Below are positions 46,301-55,292 of a stretch of DNA of 64,000 bases, one piece after another (within the stretch, counting starts at the first letter, position 1; each line of letters begins with the position of its first letter). The position numbers and the translations under genes were made by a program. Location of the stretch: contig DIZX01000011.1 of NCBI GenBank assembly GCA_002429485.1, positions 55,258-119,257 of the forward strand. The letters are read 5' to 3'. The notes under the pieces are model-generated. The model saw only the letters and a list, made by a program, of their open reading frames with translations. It did not search any database and had not been told where the DNA came from. This stretch comes from Patescibacteria group bacterium UBA6017. GTDB taxonomy: Bacteria > Patescibacteriota > Saccharimonadia > UBA4664.

Positions 46301-47019
46301 CTCACCGAGCCGGAAATAACTTTCATGAAGGCTGCCACATCATCCGTAACATCCGTACTTGTGACTGAAATCATCAGTAATTTACCATCGCGAAGCCAAA
46401 ACAAAGTTTGCTCGGTCTTATCATTTTTGGCCATCACGTACACCGATCCCGCCGCATTTTTGTACACAGCTTCCTTATACGTTTCCGGATGGAGCTGACG
46501 TATACGATAGCTGGCATCGTCGCTGAGGGTAGCGATCTGCTCCCGCCTCACGTCCACCGCTATCAAGCGCCGATAGTTACTCTTCGACCCAATGTTAAAC
46601 TGCTCAATCGAGCCGCTATCCGTTTTCATCCCCGCCACTTGATCAAAAATACGCGGGTAGTTAAATGCGAATGTCTGCCCCACGAGCTGCGAGATTGACT
46701 GGTCGGGCGTTGGCGCAGCAGCGTTCACGCTGATTCTCGGCTTCGGGAGACTCGCTTCGGCCGGACCGTTCACCAGCTTCATCATCACTATGATCGCTCC
46801 GCCGACCATTACGCCCATCACTAGCATGGCTGAGCTCCAGGCAACCCTGTGTGCCCAGCCGCGTTTTTTTGGCTCCGCCGCGTTGTCCGGTGCCGCCTCC
46901 TGGCCGTCAGACTCAGGATCCTCGCCCATAACCTCAGCCACTACCTCGCTGGTCGACTCCCCGCGTAATGTCGCTAAATGCCGTACAACCTGATGCAGTT
47001 CCTCATCGCTTAAGCTCAT
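46288..47019 (-). CDS. single-pass membrane protein, possibly a regulator or assembly factor
   Basis: Acidic cytoplasmic N-terminus, one transmembrane segment (AMLVMGVMVGGAIIVMMKLV), then a roughly 150-aa ectodomain. It overlaps the stop of 47016..47996 by 4 nt. Confidence 0.45.
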   Translation of the reverse strand: MSLSDEELHQVVRHLATLRGESTSEVVAEVMGEDPESDGQEAAPDNAAEPKKRGWAHRVAWSSAMLVMGVMVGGAIIVMMKLVNGPAEASLPKPRISVNAAAPTPDQSISQLVGQTFAFNYPRIFDQVAGMKTDSGSIEQFNIGSKSNYRRLIAVDVRREQIATLSDDASYRIRQLHPETYKEAVYKNAAGSVYVMAKNDKTEQTLFWLRDGKLLMISVTSTDVTDDVAAFMKVISGSVRWTS

Positions 47020-47996
47020 GCCAGTGCCTCGAGACGGCGTTCCATGATTTGCTTCTCCCGCCGCTCACCGAGCCAAAACGAGATAATCATGAGCAGCAGC
47101 ACGATCCAAAGCGGCCAGATCATCAGCAGGTTAGTAATACCGGTGGGGTTGGAATTTCCGTTACCCGCCGCAGCGGTCGAACCAGTCGCCGGGTTCACGA
47201 TAGTCGTCAGCTGCAAGTAAGCCGTATGCCCCGCCGCGTCTGCCGCCCGGATGATCAACGGGTATGACCCTAAATATCCTCCAACCTTCTGATATGTGTG
47301 CCTCGCTGTAAACGGGCCCGGCGCCAGCCGTGTCACCACATCGGTGGTACCGTCGCCCCAATCAATACTCACCGCATATGGCGCTTGCCCGCCAATAATA
47401 ACAATCGGCCACACGATCTCTTGCCCCGGCGACACCCCGCGGTAAAAATTTTCAGACTGTACAATGAGCTCAGTTGAATACCCCGGGCCACCTGGCGGCA
47501 TATTCAGCGTAACGGTAACCGTCGGCGACGTCGGTCCTGCCTGATCAAGCGTGTTAAACGGCAATGCCGTCAGATCATTGCGGCCGATTACGAGGTCTAT
47601 CGGGATGCTAAAGTGCCCGTTCTGACAGATTATACTGCCCACCAGAATACCGTTCGTAAATATCTTCACCAATGAAGCGCTCGGACAGGTCCCCGTAACC
47701 GTAACCGGGTTAATCGTGAAGGTTTGGCCGCTCGTCGGCGAGGTAATTACCGCCGCGCTCGCTGGCCTGGGACCCGGCACGACGGCCGATACCGCATATG
47801 CATTTGGGACACAATTGTTGCCGGCCTCCCCGCACAACGCCCCCATTGGAGGTGCCGCCAGGGCCGCCCACGTAAAGCTTGCGAGCAGCACACCCAGCCC
47901 CAATGTCAGAAACAACAGGAGCGAATATGAAGTCTGACGGTGGTGAACCAACCGCCCGGTAAGCGAATTGTGACTAGTCCTCGGAAACACAAGCAT
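47016..47996 (-). CDS. PKD-domain membrane protein with two transmembrane helices, paralog of 17373..18329
   Basis: IDWGDGTTDVV...HTYQKVGGY PKD signature. Same WLGERRE tail after the C-terminal transmembrane segment. Confidence 0.6.
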   Translation of the reverse strand: MLVFPRTSHNSLTGRLVHHRQTSYSLLLFLTLGLGVLLASFTWAALAAPPMGALCGEAGNNCVPNAYAVSAVVPGPRPASAAVITSPTSGQTFTINPVTVTGTCPSASLVKIFTNGILVGSIICQNGHFSIPIDLVIGRNDLTALPFNTLDQAGPTSPTVTVTLNMPPGGPGYSTELIVQSENFYRGVSPGQEIVWPIVIIGGQAPYAVSIDWGDGTTDVVTRLAPGPFTARHTYQKVGGYLGSYPLIIRAADAAGHTAYLQLTTIVNPATGSTAAAGNGNSNPTGITNLLMIWPLWIVLLLMIISFWLGERREKQIMERRLEALA

Positions 47997-48029
47997 TATC
48001 TGGATATTAGCATATCCAGGCTCACGAAA

Positions 48030-48584
48030 CTACCGGTTTATAGGCCGTATCACGCCTACGCCTTGGATCGCCGCCTCAGCCTGAGCTACCAGACCCGAGG
48101 CAACCTCCCCGCCCGTGCAGGTACCGAGCGGCATCTGGTAAACAAAGTCGCTACCGCCGACATTAGCCAAGAATACCTTCGTCTGACCGCCCGAAGGGTA
48201 ATGGGCAAAGCTCCCCGCCGACAGCCGTAGGATCGACCCCAGCGCATTAGCCTGCGCGCTGCACTTGGCATCGAGACCGGACAATGCCGCACTCGATAAT
48301 CCAACGCTATCAGATCCCTTACCCGCATAGTTTACCAGCGGCATGTCCTCGCCTAATGGCAAAACTAATTGAACATTCCAACTCCCGATAGTCAGTACCT
48401 GCGAACCATTCCCGTCCGCTACCGCCTCTACGGCCGGTATGCGCACATCATCGGCCGACACCTGATGGAACCTTTCAAACGCAGCAGCTGCCACCGTGAA
48501 CGCAAGCGCCACGCCTATAGCCACAAACAATACCGGAACCAATGACCGAACGGCTACTAATTTTCGAGACACAACTCGTAACAC
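48030..48584 (-). CDS. N-terminally anchored exported protein
   Basis: Likely GTG start at 48584 with a GAGG ribosome binding site. Transmembrane segment LVPVLFVAIGVALAFTVAAAAF. The ORF-track extension to 48671 would overlap the divergent gene. Confidence 0.4.
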   Translation of the reverse strand: MLRVVSRKLVAVRSLVPVLFVAIGVALAFTVAAAAFERFHQVSADDVRIPAVEAVADGNGSQVLTIGSWNVQLVLPLGEDMPLVNYAGKGSDSVGLSSAALSGLDAKCSAQANALGSILRLSAGSFAHYPSGGQTKVFLANVGGSDFVYQMPLGTCTGGEVASGLVAQAEAAIQGVGVIRPINR

Positions 48585-48654
48585 CTCAACCTCACTATGG
48601 TTGATTAGAGCATACCAGTTTGTAAGCCAGAAGCACAAGCAGTATTCTAGGTGT

Positions 48655-49779
48655 ATGGCCGACGAACCCAAACCTCAAACCGCTGACCAACCGACGCCCA
48701 ACCCGGCGCCGGAATCTTCGGCTGTCTCGCCGGGCGTTACCGATGCCGTAGAGACCAAACCCGAAGGCAGCTCAGCGGCTGCAGCCGATGATGCCCCCAA
48801 ACCTCAGGTAGTCCCCGCCGATCCGCTGGCTGACGGCACCGTTCCCACAGTCCTTGCTACCGGCACCAGCCACAAGTCGGTCTCCAAAGGTAAAGCCTCG
48901 ATCGCGAATATCTACCGCAAAGCCGATATTCTCACCACTATCCTCACCTTCGTGGGTGCCCTCGTTGCAGCCGGCATAATTTTTGGTATCTACGCCTACA
49001 TTACCCGCTCCAAAAACACCGCTACGCCCGCCCCCAAAGTCACCAGCCTCGACAAGAACGAGCTCGCCAAACTCAGCACCTTTTTCGACGGCAACTCCGC
49101 CGGCAGCTCCAGCCAGGTCCTCACCATTAGCTCTTCATCGTTCTTCAAGAACCGCGTCGCCATATCTTCCGACCTCAAGGTCATCGGCGGAGTGCAAGTC
49201 TCCGGCACTACCGCCCTCGGTGACCTCACCGTCGACAAAACCACCACCCTTGGCGTCACCAATATTCGCGGCCAGCTGGTGGTAGCCGGACCGGTCAACT
49301 TCCAGAGCCCGGCTCAGTTCGGCGCCGGCGGCACCGTAAACGGCAACCTAGCCGTCACCGGTAACGGCAGCTTTGGCGGTTCAATTTCCGCCGGCACCCT
49401 CAATGTCTCTACCCTCTCCGTCAACACTATCAACCTAAGTGGCCACCTTTCAATTACGGGCTCCAGCCCGTCGGTCGCGGGCACCGGCCTCGGTACTAGC
49501 GCTACCGTCGATGGCAACGACTCCTCCGGCACCGTCAGCGTCACCGTTGGCGCCTGTACTAACGGACAATGTATTGCTACGGGCGGCCAGCTCGTCATCA
49601 TTACCTTCCACAGCGCATATCCGCGCTTGCCGCATATCATCATTTCCCCCATTGGTGCCGGCGCCGCCCGCCTCCAGGCCTACGTCCAGCCTGGCGCTAG
49701 CTCGTTCACGATTGGCGCCGCTTCCATCAATAACCCCAGCCCAAACACATTCTCGTTCACTTACTGGGTCGTGCAGTAA
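48655..49779 (+). CDS. type-II membrane protein with beta-helical repeats, paralog of 25040..25963
   Basis: Start at ATG 48655, preceded by AGCACAAGCAGTATTCT. Pro-rich cytoplasmic N-terminus, a transmembrane segment, then repeat and C-terminal domains homologous to 25040..25963. Confidence 0.55.
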   Translation: MADEPKPQTADQPTPNPAPESSAVSPGVTDAVETKPEGSSAAAADDAPKPQVVPADPLADGTVPTVLATGTSHKSVSKGKASIANIYRKADILTTILTFVGALVAAGIIFGIYAYITRSKNTATPAPKVTSLDKNELAKLSTFFDGNSAGSSSQVLTISSSSFFKNRVAISSDLKVIGGVQVSGTTALGDLTVDKTTTLGVTNIRGQLVVAGPVNFQSPAQFGAGGTVNGNLAVTGNGSFGGSISAGTLNVSTLSVNTINLSGHLSITGSSPSVAGTGLGTSATVDGNDSSGTVSVTVGACTNGQCIATGGQLVIITFHSAYPRLPHIIISPIGAGAARLQAYVQPGASSFTIGAASINNPSPNTFSFTYWVVQ

Positions 49780-49794
49780 CTACCTTCTCGATCC

Positions 49795-49828
49795 AATAAA
49801 AAATGGCCCCGTAGGGCCATTTTCGTTT
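49795..49828. terminator. bidirectional intrinsic terminator at the island / rplU boundary
   Basis: aataaaaaa + atggccc-cgta-gggccat + tttcgttt, between the convergent 48655..49779 (+) and rplU (-). Confidence 0.6.
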
Positions 49829-49841
49829 CCGAGTCTCGGAC

Positions 49842-50141
49842 TTAACCGATTTTAGTGATTTTCACCAAAGAATAGTGCTGGCGGTGACCCGTCAAACGCT
49901 TAATGCGCTTCTTAGCCTTGAACTTCAAGATCTTGAGCTTCTCGCCCTTCACTTCTTCCAAGACTTCGCCGTGAACTTTCACGCCATCAACGATCGGCGC
50001 TCCCACGGTGATCTTGTCGCCGTCAATCAACAGTAGAGCATCGAGCTCAATTTTCTTGGCATCGCCCAGCAGCTCGAGCTCGAGCGTCTGGTCTTTCTCT
50101 ACGATATATTGCTTCCCTCCGGAAGTAATGACTGCTTGCAT
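49842..50141 (-). CDS. rplU: 50S ribosomal protein L21
   Basis: MQAVITSGGKQYIVEKDQTLELE...KIELDALLLIDGDKITVGAPIV...FKAKKRIKRLTGHRQHYSLVKI. Confidence 0.9.
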   Translation of the reverse strand: MQAVITSGGKQYIVEKDQTLELELLGDAKKIELDALLLIDGDKITVGAPIVDGVKVHGEVLEEVKGEKLKILKFKAKKRIKRLTGHRQHYSLVKITKIG

Positions 50142-50258
50142 TGTTACAAAGCCCCTTTCGTGCCTGGTTGTAGCAGGCGTGCTTGTGTTATATGTTCTAG
50201 CGTAACTCGAGCGATAATACCAGATTTCACCCTTGATGTACAGGGGTCCACAGCCTCG

Positions 50259-50900
50259 TTACTGCACAATCTCCATCACTTTGCGAAAATCATCCACCAC
50301 ATACGTCGGTTCATGCTTCTTGAGCGATTCTAGATTATAAAATTTCGCATGTTCAGGCGGATAAAACAGAACGGAATCTATACCTGCGTTTACCGCCGCG
50401 CCGAGATCGCTTTGCGAATCGCCAATCATTATGGCTTCGTCCTTATTACCGCCCAATTCCGCCAGCGCTTTATATAACGATTCAGGATGAGGTTTATGTT
50501 CAGCTACATCGTCGTGCGTAATCACCACATCAAATAACCGATGCATATCATACCTATCGAGCAAATGTTCAATATAAGTATGCTTCGACGTCGTAATGAG
50601 CGCCGTCTGTTTATTTTTATCCTTTAGATACCCGAGCACTTCAAGTGCATCTGGATAAAGCTCAACATCGTGCAGCTTTTTCCTCACCAGTTGATCAGCC
50701 CGCTCGTATATAACAGCCGGATCTTCAATCCCCAGCCCTACGAGATAATCCGTTAACGTACCAAACGAATGAGCAATTTCCTCATCGCTCGGGTAAAAGC
50801 CCTCTTCATTCAAAATAAATCTGTAGACCTCAATCCATAAATCGAGAGTCTTAGCCAAATTTCCATCCCAGTCGAGCAAGATGTACTGATAGTTCTTCAT
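50259..50900 (-). CDS. HAD-superfamily hydrolase (phosphatase)
   Basis: The N-terminal ILLDWDGNLAK gives the HAD motif I DxD (DWD). Motif I, GDS and a K-x-D layout are present. Confidence 0.65.
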   Translation of the reverse strand: MKNYQYILLDWDGNLAKTLDLWIEVYRFILNEEGFYPSDEEIAHSFGTLTDYLVGLGIEDPAVIYERADQLVRKKLHDVELYPDALEVLGYLKDKNKQTALITTSKHTYIEHLLDRYDMHRLFDVVITHDDVAEHKPHPESLYKALAELGGNKDEAIMIGDSQSDLGAAVNAGIDSVLFYPPEHAKFYNLESLKKHEPTYVVDDFRKVMEIVQ

Positions 50901-50906
50901 ATATGC

Positions 50907-52022
50907 CTAACCCTCAAACTGCAATTTCTTCCGCCGCGTTGCCACGCTCTCCAGCAACCCCAGCCCACCCATCGCTACAATCAGCGCCGTACCGCCGTAG
51001 CTCACCAGCGGCAGCGGAATACCGGTGACGGGCGCTATGCCCATATTCATCCCGGCATTGATGAAGACGTGGAACAAAAACATCGCCGACACCCCCACCG
51101 CCACAAACATCCCGAACCTGTCCTGTGCAACGTAGGCTATCCGCACGCCGCGATACAGCAAAATCGCGAATAGCACCAACAGCAGCATGCCTCCAATAAA
51201 GCCCATTTTTTCGTTCAGCACCGAGAAAATAAAGTCCGTATGCTGAGCCAGCGACGGCAAAAAGTTGAGCTGACTCTGTGAGCCGGCCGCCAGTCCCCTG
51301 CCAAATACCTGCCCGGAGCCAATCGTGATCGTGGATTGGATCACATTATGGCCCGCCCCCAACGGATCTACCTGAGGGTTCAAAAATACCGTTAGCCGGT
51401 CCCGTTGATAGGATTTCAGGTGCTGCAGCACAAACGGCATCAATGCCAGCCCCACCCCCGACAGCGCCAACAGATACAGCTTACGCACCGGCGCCACCAT
51501 TGCCATCGCCAGCCAAATCGCCACCAACACCAATGCGGTCCCCAAATCTGGCTGTCTCATAACCAGTGCCACCGGGATTACCAGATACAGTAGCGACAAA
51601 CCCAAATATTTAGCGCGATGAACCTTGTCGTAATTACTTGAAAAAAATTTCGCCAAACCGATAATCAGTACCAGCTTCGCAAATTCCGACGGTTGAAACT
51701 GGAAAAACCCCAAGTCAATCCACCGCTGAGCGCCCAGCACCGCCCTTGAAGTCAACAGCACAATAATCAGAAACAACAGCGTAAGGCCGTAAAGCCAGGG
51801 TGTCAGCTTAAACCAGGTACGGTAATCAACCCGGGCCATAAACACAAAAGCACCCAGCCCGACCGCCACAAACACCAACTGATGCCACAAATCGGTCAGA
51901 CTGCCCAGGCGGGTAGCCTTAAATGAGGTCGAATATATCACCAGCAGCCCCATGGCCACCAGCAGCATCATCACCCCGAACAATATCCAGTCAAAATTTT
52001 TCCAAAACCGCGTTTTTAACAC
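50907..52022 (-). CDS. SEDS-family peptidoglycan glycosyltransferase (FtsW/RodA-like)
   Basis: About ten transmembrane segments; the SEDS-conserved region includes ...GTALVLVAIW...GGTALIV. Confidence 0.75.
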   Translation of the reverse strand: MLKTRFWKNFDWILFGVMMLLVAMGLLVIYSTSFKATRLGSLTDLWHQLVFVAVGLGAFVFMARVDYRTWFKLTPWLYGLTLLFLIIVLLTSRAVLGAQRWIDLGFFQFQPSEFAKLVLIIGLAKFFSSNYDKVHRAKYLGLSLLYLVIPVALVMRQPDLGTALVLVAIWLAMAMVAPVRKLYLLALSGVGLALMPFVLQHLKSYQRDRLTVFLNPQVDPLGAGHNVIQSTITIGSGQVFGRGLAAGSQSQLNFLPSLAQHTDFIFSVLNEKMGFIGGMLLLVLFAILLYRGVRIAYVAQDRFGMFVAVGVSAMFLFHVFINAGMNMGIAPVTGIPLPLVSYGGTALIVAMGGLGLLESVATRRKKLQFEG

Positions 52023-52105
52023 TAAGCCGGGTAACCACCATTACTGAAACCAGTCTAGCTTAATACGCCTCTATTTTAAAATCACCGCAGAGGGGCGTTA
52101 GCGTA

Positions 52106-52134
52106 TTGATATATGCTTGTTATAGTGGTATAAT
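52106..52134 (+). promoter_or_regulatory. consensus sigma70 promoter (TTGATA, 17 nt spacer, TATAAT)
   Basis: TTGATA at 52106-52111, a 17-nt spacer, then TATAAT at 52129-52134. It drives the small ORF below. Confidence 0.55.
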
Positions 52135-52189
52135 AAACAACAACGGCCGAACCCGACCGCTACCGTTTCACCCGATCATGGGAGAAAAA

Positions 52190-52351
52190 ATGTTCAGCCT
52201 CATCAAGGATCTCGCCACCGCCCGCACCGTGCTGCGCGATGAGCGCAACAGGCACCTCGCCCGGGTCGAGAAGGCCAAGAAGGTCCCGACCGAGATCACC
52301 TTCCCGGGCGGCCTCCCGTTCTTGAACGACGAGGTCAACCCTCCAAACTGA
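52190..52351 (+). CDS. small basic protein (53 aa) with strong expression signals
   Basis: GGAG ribosome binding site 6 nt before ATG 52190. Sequence MFSLIKDLATARTVLRDERNRHLARVEKAKKVPTEITFPGGLPFLNDEVNPPN. No family recognised. Confidence 0.4.
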   Translation: MFSLIKDLATARTVLRDERNRHLARVEKAKKVPTEITFPGGLPFLNDEVNPPN

Positions 52352-52359
52352 TCGGCCTT

Positions 52360-52397
52360 GCGGCCCCTCGTCCTCCATCCAGGAGACGAGGGGCCGC
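52360..52397 (+). terminator. strong GC-rich hairpin terminator
   Basis: 13-bp perfect stem gcggcccctcgtc / gacgaggggccgc around a 12-nt loop, followed by a T-rich tract tctccatttct. Confidence 0.55.
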
Positions 52398-52415
52398 TCT
52401 CCATTTCTGCCCTAT

Positions 52416-55292
52416 TTATGCCTTCGAGATACCGATATACAGCTCATCCCCGGATACCTTCACGGGCACTTGATCTCCCGCGCCAGCCGTCTTAACCTCA
52501 ACAGCCAACGTCTCGGCTTTGATCACCTCCGCATGCGCCTCAACCGCCCCGGCTAATTCGGCGGACTCGGTCATGAGAGTCAAAACTATCCGATCATCCA
52601 CCTCTAATCCTGCCGCTTTACGCGCAGTCTGGACGTGTCGTACAACATCGCGCATCAAACCTTCGGCTTTTAGCTCAGGGGTGATGTTTACATCGAGCTT
52701 TAACCCTTCTCCGCGCACGATTTCGCGTACATTCACTTCCTGCGCAATAATTTCGTTGATCTCCGGTCGGAAATCAACCGGCACTTCCAGCGTCTGCAAC
52801 GGCTGCCGAACCTTAACGCCCGCATCTGCCCTCAGAGATAAGCTATCGGTCACAATTACCCGCGCCGCCTGCATCTCGCCAATCAATAGACTCATATCAT
52901 TAGTAACCGTTGCCTCCGGCCAGTCGCTCAAGTGCACGCTGGATGGCTCGTCCATCCCCTCGGTCAGCTCGCGCCACAACTTATCAGCTACAAACGGACT
53001 CCACGGCGCCAGCAGTTGGGCGATTCTCACAAGCACATAGTGCAAGGTTACATAAGCGCTCGCCTTATCGCCATCGTCTTCGCTCTTCCAAAACCGCCTT
53101 CTGGAACGTCGCACATACCAGTTGGATAAATCGTCAATCAACGCGCGCAGCGGTCGCAGCGCCTGTGCCAACTCATACTTGTCCGCCGCTTCACTGACTT
53201 CCACGATAGTTTGATCCAGCCGCGCCAGCATCCATTGGTCGAGCGCACTAGTGACCTCGGGCCGGGCCAGCTTCTTGGGCGGCTCCCAGCCGTCGATCTC
53301 GGCGTACATGCTCAGGAACGAATAGGTGTTCCACAGCGTCCCGAAGACATTGCGCTGGATATCCCGCATGGCGTCTCTATTAAACCGCATATAATCGGCA
53401 CCTACCGCCTGATCGTTGCCCAGGAGGTAAAACCGCAGCGTATCAGCGCCTTCGGTGCCAAACACTTCTTCCACCGGCGGGTAATTCTTGAGCCGCTTGC
53501 TCAACTTTTGCCCGTCAGCCGCCATTACCATGCCGTTCACCAGCACATTCTTATACGCCGGCCGGCCAAATACAATCGTCGACAGCACGTGCTGCACGTA
53601 GAACCACAGTCTTGTCTGGTCCAGGCCCTCACCAATATAGTCAGCCGGGAACGACTGCTCAAAAACCTCTTTGTTCTCAAACGGATAGTGATGCTGTGCC
53701 GCCGGCATCGAACCGCTCTCAAACCAGCAGTCGAAGACCTCGTCGATTCGGCGATAAGTCTTGCCGTCTTTCTCGATCACAATTTTATCAATCCCCGGCC
53801 GGTGCAAATCTTCCGGCGCCTTCTCCAATCCCGCCAGTTTCACCAGCTCATCCAGGCTCGAGATCACCAAATAATCGGTCTCATCGACTTCATTAACCCA
53901 AATCGGCATTGGCGCGCCCCAGTATCTGTTACGGCTGATCGCCCAGTCGCGCGCGCCTGCCAACCATTTGCCGAAGCGGCCGCTCTTGATGTGGCCCGGC
54001 TGCCAATTGATCTGCTCGGCCGTGGCCAGCATTTCTTCGCGAATCTCCGACACCTTCACGAACCAGGTGGAAATTGCGTAATACAGTAGCGGACTGTCGC
54101 ACCGATAGCAAAACGGATAGGTGTGCGTAAACGTCTCAGCCGCGTACACTTTGCCCGCTTCTACCAGGTGCTGGGTGATAATCTTATCCGCCCCCTTAAA
54201 GAACTTCCCGCGCGCCCCTTCAATCGGCACATTATCGGTCAGACGCCCGTCAGGCTTCACCGTCATCAGCACCGGTATGTCGTGCTCAACTGATAGATTG
54301 AGGTCGTCTTCACCAAACGCCGGCGCCACATGCAGCACCCCGGTACCGTCATCTATCGATACCGCCTCTGTGGCCCACACCTGGAACAAATTATCGCCCT
54401 CAGCACCACTTGCCAGCTCAATAATGGGCTCATAGTGCTTCCCCACCAATTCCTCGGCTGCCACTTCCTCTACCACCTCATATTCGGCCTTCAGAGCCTC
54501 CAGACGCGCCTTCGCCAGCACCAGCGTTTCCGCCTTGCCATCATCATCCTTTACCTTCACATAGACATACTTCGCTCCCGGCTTCACCGCCAGCGCGGCA
54601 TTACCCGGCAAGCTCCATGGCGTCGTCGTCCACCCCAGTAAACTCGCATCTTCATCAACCAACTTAAACTTCACAAACAGGCTCGGATCCGGCACATCGT
54701 CCTTGTAGCCTTCATTTACCTCAAAATTGCTCAATGGCGTCTCGCAGCGTGGGCAGTACGGCATACTCTTAAATCCGCGCTGCAGCAGACCCTTCTCGTT
54801 CACCTGCCCCAGCATCCACCACACGCTCTCGGTGTAGTCACGGTCAATCGTGGCGTAGGCATTATGCGTATCTGTCCATCGTCCAGCCCGGCGGAAAAAA
54901 TCTTCCCACTCGCCCTTATACTTGAACACACTTGCCCGACAGGCATCATTGAATTTTTCCAACCCAAGCTCCAGAATCTGCTTTTTCCCGCTCACTCCAA
55001 ATTCTTTCTCGATCGCAAATTCCACCGGCAACCCGTGGCAATCCCAGCCGTTGCGCCGCTGGACGTATTCACCCTTCATCGTGTGATACCGACCCAGCGA
55101 GTCCTTAATGCTCGTCACCAAGGTATGCCCGAAATGCGGCAAGCCATTGGCAAACGGTGGACCGTCATAAAAACTAAATCGCTTAGCATCTTTACGATTC
55201 TCTAGGCTCTTTTCGAACGTCTTCTCGGCTGTCCAGACCTTGAGCATCTCAGCTTCAATAGCAGGAAAATCAGCAACTTGAGCTTTTTTCAC
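52416..55292 (-). CDS. ileS: isoleucyl-tRNA synthetase, eukaryote-like type 2
   Basis: FYDGPPFANGLPHFGH (HIGH region, type-2 form) and KLSKRLKNYP (KMSKS). GTG start with a GGAG ribosome binding site. Confidence 0.9.
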   Translation of the reverse strand: MKKAQVADFPAIEAEMLKVWTAEKTFEKSLENRKDAKRFSFYDGPPFANGLPHFGHTLVTSIKDSLGRYHTMKGEYVQRRNGWDCHGLPVEFAIEKEFGVSGKKQILELGLEKFNDACRASVFKYKGEWEDFFRRAGRWTDTHNAYATIDRDYTESVWWMLGQVNEKGLLQRGFKSMPYCPRCETPLSNFEVNEGYKDDVPDPSLFVKFKLVDEDASLLGWTTTPWSLPGNAALAVKPGAKYVYVKVKDDDGKAETLVLAKARLEALKAEYEVVEEVAAEELVGKHYEPIIELASGAEGDNLFQVWATEAVSIDDGTGVLHVAPAFGEDDLNLSVEHDIPVLMTVKPDGRLTDNVPIEGARGKFFKGADKIITQHLVEAGKVYAAETFTHTYPFCYRCDSPLLYYAISTWFVKVSEIREEMLATAEQINWQPGHIKSGRFGKWLAGARDWAISRNRYWGAPMPIWVNEVDETDYLVISSLDELVKLAGLEKAPEDLHRPGIDKIVIEKDGKTYRRIDEVFDCWFESGSMPAAQHHYPFENKEVFEQSFPADYIGEGLDQTRLWFYVQHVLSTIVFGRPAYKNVLVNGMVMAADGQKLSKRLKNYPPVEEVFGTEGADTLRFYLLGNDQAVGADYMRFNRDAMRDIQRNVFGTLWNTYSFLSMYAEIDGWEPPKKLARPEVTSALDQWMLARLDQTIVEVSEAADKYELAQALRPLRALIDDLSNWYVRRSRRRFWKSEDDGDKASAYVTLHYVLVRIAQLLAPWSPFVADKLWRELTEGMDEPSSVHLSDWPEATVTNDMSLLIGEMQAARVIVTDSLSLRADAGVKVRQPLQTLEVPVDFRPEINEIIAQEVNVREIVRGEGLKLDVNITPELKAEGLMRDVVRHVQTARKAAGLEVDDRIVLTLMTESAELAGAVEAHAEVIKAETLAVEVKTAGAGDQVPVKVSGDELYIGISKA

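Noticed and set aside
52160-52404. Two minus-strand ORFs (72 and 78 aa) overlapping the small plus-strand ORF
   Set aside because: The plus strand carries the consensus promoter, ribosome binding site and terminator. The minus-strand ORFs lack such signals and are Gly/Arg-rich shadows.
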